Of a stretch of DNA of 64,000 bases, positions 57,258 to 64,000 are shown piece by piece. Every line of letters begins with the position of its first letter. Position 1 is the first letter of the stretch. This DNA is from Octopus vulgaris (Eukaryota): assembly GCA_951406725.2 (NCBI GenBank), contig OX597840.1, forward strand, positions 5,394,001-5,458,000, written 5' to 3'. A program made the translations under genes and the position numbers. The notes under the pieces were generated by a model that searched no databases, was not told the origin of the DNA, and was given only the letters and a program-made list of their open reading frames with translations.

Positions 57258-57688
57258 TGAGTGGCTGTGTGGTAAGTAGCTTGCTTACCAACCACATGGC
57301 TCCGGGTTCAGTCCCACTGCGTGGCATCTTGGGCAAGTGTCTTTTGCTATAGCCCCGGGCTGACCAATGCCTTGTGAGTGGATTTGGTAGACGGAAACTG
57401 AAAGAAGTCATATACATGTATATATATATATATGTATGTGTGTGTATATGTTTGTGTGTGTATATGTTTGTGTGTCTGTGTTTGTCCCCCTAGCATTGCT
57501 TGACAACCGATGCTGGTGTGTTTATGTCCCCGTCACTTAGCGGGTCGGCAAAAGAGACCGATAGAATAAGTACTGGGCTTACAAAGAATAAGTCCCGGGG
57601 TCGATCTGCTCAACTAAAGGTGGTGCTCCAGCATGGCCGCAGTCAAATGACTGAAACAAGTAAAAGAGAGCAAAGAGAGTAAAGAGAG
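57258..57688 (+). mobile_element. SINE family A
   Basis: Match slightly truncated at the 5' end. Confidence 0.9.
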
Positions 57689-58211
57689 CACCACAACTGA
57701 GAGGGACCACAATATCCACCTGGGTAACATATCCTTTTAAACTCACATTAATGTGTATATGGGAGACTTTTCTTATAGTAGAGGAAATAGCAAAATTTTT
57801 TGGCTGCTATTTCTAAAAGTTCGGTGTGTGGTAAAGTAAATTATTTTACTGAACCCTAATTATATTACGTAATGTTTTAAATATACCGTAAATGGTCTTT
57901 TTACATACTGAACACTACTTGGTAAAATTATTAATTAATAATTAATTAATTTTACCCTTTTATTATTGACAATATAATTCTCTCTCCCTGATAATAAACT
58001 ACAGATCCCTCTGTAGGGGCTTGTTGCTCTATAACTCACATGGGTGGACGAGGGAGGACACAAAGCCTCATTTGTACTTTTTGAATTCGTTAGTACTGGC
58101 GGTCGAAGATGGTTTGTCTGGGATTACTCATATCAGACGGGTGTGTTCGATTTTTAGTGCTCTCAAAATTGAACCTAAAGAAATCTTGGGCTGATAACGG
58201 AAATGTTGATC

Positions 58212-58264
<53 letters not shown>

Positions 58265-58412
58265 AACAAAGGGTAAAATTAATTAATTAAGTAATCAGTA
58301 ATTTGACCAAGTAGAATTCGGCATGAAAAAGACCATTTCCTGGTAAGCTTAAGTAATACTTTATAATTAGGGTTCAGCAAAGATTTGCTTCACCACATAC
58401 CGAAGCTTTGAA

Positions 58413-58584
58413 AAAGGTTGTGGCGAAAGAGTACAGCAGGGGTTGCCACCACCCCCTGCCGGAGCCTCGTGGAGCTTTAGGTGTTTTTGCTCAATAAACA
58501 CTCACAACGCCCGGTCTGGGAATCAAAACCGCGATCCTACAACCGTGAGTCCGCTGCCCTAACTACTGGGCCATTGTGCCTCCA
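58413..58584 (-). mobile_element. SINE family B head/body, no tail
   Basis: Reverse complement of 8096-8270. Confidence 0.85.
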
Positions 58585-58700
58585 TATATATATGTATAAA
58601 TGCCTCAGTGTGTGTGTAGGTATATATGTACGTACATCTATGTATATACATTTATATATATGTGTGTGTGTTTATATATGCTTGTATGTTTGTATGAATA

Positions 58701-58738
<38 letters not shown>

Positions 58739-58835
58739 CATGTATGTACATATATGTGTGTGTGTGTTTGTGTGTAAGTATATATGTACATGTATGTATA
58801 TATCCATATATGTATATATATATATGTACATATAT

Positions 58836-59003
58836 ACATGAGAATGCTGAAGAAGTTCCCGGCCTTAAGGGCCCAACTCTCCGAGTTCTTTCGCAGGGCT
58901 TAGAAAACTGAAGGACTGCTACAATGTGTGAATATGAGAGAAGAATATGTTGAATAAAATCATAATCAACTGATCCTCCATGAACCTTTTGGTAACCCTT
59001 GCA
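58836..59003 (+). mobile_element. Mariner-derived MITE relic
   Basis: CVNMREEYVE*-like mariner C-terminus; decayed TIRs gctgaagaagttcc / gaaccttttggtaaccc. Confidence 0.55.
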
Positions 59004-59011
59004 TATATCTA

Positions 59012-59108
<97 letters not shown>

Positions 59109-59112
59109 GTCT

Positions 59113-59151
59113 GATTTGAAAACCCCACTAGAATGGGAGAAAGCGCTAATG
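59113..59151 (+). ncRNA. Degenerate hammerhead
   Basis: gat TTGAAAA c-ccca-ctagaa-tggg-a GAAA gcgc TA atg. Confidence 0.4.
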
Positions 59152-59517
59152 ATCTAAATGATATGAGATATATATATAAAAAATGTAATATATAAATAAA
59201 TATCTGTAATATAAACCATCCAATCTTCTGATTACCTCATTTCTTCTAGTATATATATATATATGTATATATATATATGTATATATATATATGTATATAT
59301 GTATGTATATATACATGCTTCACAATGTCCCTTGTAAAGCTAACTTAAATAGTGAAGACTGGTTGGATATCAGTATATTTTATGAAACTTTTGCCATCCG
59401 TAAAATATGTATATATACATTTTTATAAAAAGTTATCAAAACTATGTAAAATGAAGGTATTTCTCTTCTCTCTGTTTTTATGTTTTCTATATATTTTCAC
59501 TCACACTATATATATAT

Positions 59518-59559
<42 letters not shown>

Positions 59560-59668
59560 TTTAAATGAGGGTGAGAAATCAGATATTAATTTAATTAACA
59601 TCGATTTCACACCAGTGTTCTAGCATATGAAAAAAAAAATGAAGGTTCAGTAAAATTGTATTATATAC

Positions 59669-59878
59669 ATATTAGAGGGAAACCACTATGCGGACACCCT
59701 TATGCTGGAAAAAGATCCGCTATGGTTTTACCACTAAGAAATGTTCTCAAAAATTTTAGAAAATGTTCTCAAGAATATGTTTTTTTTGCTAAATTTTTCT
59801 TGAGAACATTTCTTGGTAAAACCATAGCGGATCTATTTCTAGCATAAGGGTGTCCACATAGTGGTTCCCCTCTAATAT
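59669..59878. repeat. Inverted repeat, about 90-bp arms; single-arm homologs at 25181-25270 and 42941-42980
   Basis: attagaggg.aaccactatg.ggacacccttatgct and its reverse complement. Confidence 0.9.
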
Positions 59879-59889
59879 ATATATATGTA

Positions 59890-60271
59890 TACTCTCTTAC
59901 TTGTTTCAGTCATTTGACTGCCGCCATGCTGGAGCACCGCCTTTAGTCGAGCAAATCGACCCTGGGACTTATTCTTTGTAAGCCCAGTACTTATTCTATC
60001 GGTCTCTTTTGCCGAACCGCTAAGTAACGGGGACGTAAACACACCATGCAATGCTAGAGGGACAAACACAGACACACAAACATATACATACATATATATA
60101 CATATATACGACAGGCTTCTTTCAGTTTCTGTCTACCAAATCTACTCACAAGGCATTGGTTGGCCCAAGGCTATAGCAAAAGACACTTGCCCAAGATGCC
60201 ATGCAGTGGGACTGAACTCAGAACCATGTGGTTGGTAGGCAAGCTACTTACCACACAGCCACTCCTGCACC
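59890..60271 (-). mobile_element. SINE family A
   Basis: Reverse-complement match. Confidence 0.9.
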
Positions 60272-60329
<58 letters not shown>

Positions 60330-60532
60330 CATGTATGCATGTATGTATGTACATTTATAAATTATTTGGTTTCTTGTTTTCTCCATGTTACTTTAGTGTT
60401 TCACTGAAAAAGGGTTTTAAATAAGTACTAAGTCTGTAAATACAGGGGCTGGTCTCCTTGTAAAAAGAGGTCCTTGGTGATGGGGTTCCAGCATCACCAG
60501 CTTCTGATGACTGAAGCAAGGAAAAAAAGGGA

Positions 60533-60568
<36 letters not shown>

Positions 60569-61014
60569 AAACAGCTTCAACTACTATGTTTTGCAATGTT
60601 ATTGTTTAATAAAGACACACATATACACACTCACACACAGACACACACACACAAACATGGAAACACTCATATAAACACATACACAAATATCTGTTACTTG
60701 TTTCTGTTAGTGGCCATGCTGGAGCACCGTCTGGAAGCTTGTTTCACTTGACAGCGATTTCAAAGTTTCTGCTTCTTTGCAGTAATCTGCATATGTAGCA
60801 TTTGCACACATACACACACACGCGCACACACACACACAAACACACATATACAAACACACACACACACACACACAAACACACAAAACACACACACACACAT
60901 ACAAACACGCACACACACAAACACACATACACACACAAACACACACACACACACATACAAATACACACACACACACACACGCACAAACACACACACACAA
61001 ACACACACACACAA

Positions 61015-61089
<75 letters not shown>

Positions 61090-61168
61090 TATTCTCTGAT
61101 AATTTTGACATCATTTCTTCTATACTTCCACTTTTATTGACTAATAACAATTTTTCATTTTTCTATAC

Positions 61169-61238
<70 letters not shown>

Positions 61239-61266
61239 GTGTGTATGTGTGTGTACATACACACAT

Positions 61267-61307
<41 letters not shown>

Positions 61308-61582
61308 AAGAGGAGAGTGAGAAAGAGATAGAAAGATAGATATGTTTGTGTAATTGTTTTGACGAAACAATTGTCGTGATTTGTAATAAAAGCTATTCAC
61401 TCCATCATCTTATACATACATATGTGTATACGAATGTGTGTGTACGTGTGTGTGTGTATATATGCATATGTGTGTGTGTTTCTGTGAGTGTATACAAATG
61501 CAGATATACATATTTATATATTCATAGTGGTGCACGTATACATAATTATATACGTGTGTCTGCCTATATTTCTAAGTGTGTG

Positions 61583-61619
<37 letters not shown>

Positions 61620-61808
61620 TATCATCGCCATCAGTCTCATCATCATCATCACTGCAATGACCAATTCCGGGATATCTTGTTATGCTGTGATTTTCCAGAT
61701 TATTATCTTTCATTGCATTCCCATCTATTTTTTTCCATTGCTATATGTATATATATATATATGACAACAGAAATACATCAATATCTATTTATATATATAT
61801 ACACATAT

Positions 61809-61902
<94 letters not shown>

Positions 61903-61989
61903 GTATATATATATATGTATGTATATATATATATATGTATGTATGTATACATATATATATGTATATATATATATATGTATGTATGTATG

Positions 61990-62022
<33 letters not shown>

Positions 62023-62051
62023 GTATGTATGTATATGTATGTATGTATGTG

Positions 62052-62086
<35 letters not shown>

Positions 62087-62617
62087 GTATGTATATATAT
62101 ATATATATATATGTATTTTCTGTATATATGCATATACATATGTATATGTATATATATATGTATGTGTATATATATATATAAATTGATAAATAAAATGTAG
62201 GGAGACATTTAGATATTTGTATATAGATATACAGAAATACACAGCTGTTCTTTATGTTATTGGTCTGCAATGGAAAGCTATTAATATGTCTATTTTTGTA
62301 TATATTTGAATAAGAATTGTTCGTATATACACTGGATCTACCAGGGTAGGTTTTATGAAATTTATACATGTACTCACATGGATATATAGATGAATGCACA
62401 GACACACACACATTGATGTACATATGTTTGTAGTGATACATGTATATTTAAATGCATAATTACATCTATACACATGTAGGCATAGATATGTATGTATATA
62501 CCTTGACGTATATGAAATGCTTTTATATGTATGTATATATATGCTAGCCTGGAAAACAAACTTTAAACAGTGATTATGATGATGATGATGATATGTGTGT
62601 GTGTGTGTGTGTGTGTG

Positions 62618-63056
62618 TGGAGGTGCGATGGCCCAGTGGTTAGGGCAGCGGACTCGCGGTTGTAGGATCACGGTTTCGATTCCCAGACCGGGCGTTGTGA
62701 GTTTTTATTGAGCAAAAACACCTAAAAGCTCCACGAGGCTCCAGCAGGGGGGGGGGGGCGACCCCTGCTGTACTCTTTTACCACATCTTTCTCTCACTCT
62801 TTCTTCTGTTGGCCTGCTTGCGTAGCCAGCGGTGGGGCGTCATGTGAAGGCTAAAACAATGCAAAGCGCATTGTGAAGCAACGTCTGATAGCCTGGTCAG
62901 TCATGGTGATATATATATGTAGCTTGTTTATAAACCACATGGTTCCGGGTTCAGTCCCACTGCATGGCACCTTGGGCAAGTGTTTTCTACTACAGCCTCG
63001 GGCCGACCAAAGCCTTGTGAGTGGATTTGGTAGACGGAAACTGAAAGCAGCCCGTC

Positions 63057-63114
<58 letters not shown>

Positions 63115-63348
63115 GTATATATATATGTGTGCGTGTGTTTGTGTGTCTGTGTTTGTCCCCCTAGCATTGCTTGACAACCGATGCTGGTATGTTTATGTCC
63201 CCGTTACTTAGCGGTTCGGCAAAAGAGACCGATAGAATAAGTACTAGGCTTACAAAAGAATAAGTCCCGGGGTCGAGTTGCTCAATTAAAGGCGGTGCTC
63301 CAGCATGGCCACAGTCAAATGACTGAAACAAGTAAAAGAGTAAAAGAG
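62618..63348 (+). mobile_element. Family B tail type 2 (62618-62910) followed by a 5'-truncated family A copy (62918-63348)
   Basis: Diagnostic motifs. Confidence 0.9.
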
Positions 63349-64000
63349 TATATATATATATATTATATGTAGAAAAATACAAACTGGGACAAGAACGTAA
63401 AACATTTAGAAGACGATACAAAAAACACGGACGGGACATTCGAAGCCTTCAATCTTCAGTCAAGAACCGGATCATCCTCGCAATTTCGGCTCATATATAC
63501 AGTGAGAGGGCGAGAGCAAGCTTGAGAGACAACCTTCTTATAACAATAATCTTTTCTATGTGTGACCTTTTAAAGTGGTTGTACTAACCGTTCCCGTTTG
63601 AGTTTTTAGATGCTCTCCTCTCTATCGTTAAATTCACTTGGAACTTATGCACTCCAAATACACTGAACCATACATGAAAATAACACAGCTACACATGAGG
63701 CAGGACACATCGATATGAACATACACACAGGCCATAACATGTAAGCATGAATAACCCAAATATTCAAGTAATGTTGAAGCCTTACTAGTTTTGTCAATTT
63801 TATGTATGGATCCCATGCAAAGACTGCTGGATGTACTATTATAAACAAATTTCTTATGAAATTTGCTCAGGTGGGTGCAACATCGTTGCCCATAGCTGCA
63901 CCTCCCACACCTTTGAAATTAAACATCAGTGATAAAAAAAACCTAAAACCTTTTTTACTATTTCTGATACAATCTTATGTTAAGAACCATTAAAGGTTTT

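Larger units (their letters stand above)
55825..58412. mobile_element. AT-rich element family: direct copies 55825-56032 and 57761-57970, diverged inverted copy 58268-58412
   Basis: ggctgctatttctaaaagttcgg.gtgtggtaaag..ggtaaaattaattaa. Confidence 0.8.

Noticed and set aside
60500-60525. ctgatgactgaagc
   Set aside because: Decayed family A tail (aatgactgaaacaag), not a ribozyme.
63495-64000. Unique sequence with short ORFs as a host exon
   Set aside because: No recognisable domain or convincing splice pattern; cannot be supported without transcript data.

Overview
Eukaryotic, very AT- and microsatellite-rich non-coding DNA. Its repeat complement (tRNA-derived SINEs with CORE-like, Meta-like and RTE-derived bodies, RTE LINE pieces, mariner relics) looks like an Octopus (coleoid cephalopod) genome; this species call is inference from recalled repeat families, not a search. 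No host protein-coding exon can be supported: nearly all listed ORFs are translations of (TA)n, (TATG)n, (CA)n, (CCA)n, (GAT)n or (TAA)n tracts. The main unexplained signal is about 20 type-I hammerhead-ribozyme (HHR) motifs read by eye (CUGANGA..GAAA..NUH with stems), belonging to many different short AT-rich elements mostly embedded in (TA)n. Several lie in or next to long perfect inverted repeats: a 126-bp zero-loop palindrome encoding a HHR on both strands, and an 88-bp perfect stem whose loop is mostly a HHR. One decayed copy follows a Penelope-like endonuclease C-terminus. This points to a diverse, microsatellite-associated population of Penelope-like pLTR/retrozyme-like self-cleaving elements, including a family with a U6 core variant and HHRs with about 80-105-nt stem II inserts. 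Also present are a bipartite internally deleted RTE, modular tail-swapping SINEs, many local fold-back duplications, a probable non-autonomous Helitron, a CpG-rich unique island and a consensus RFX X-box.
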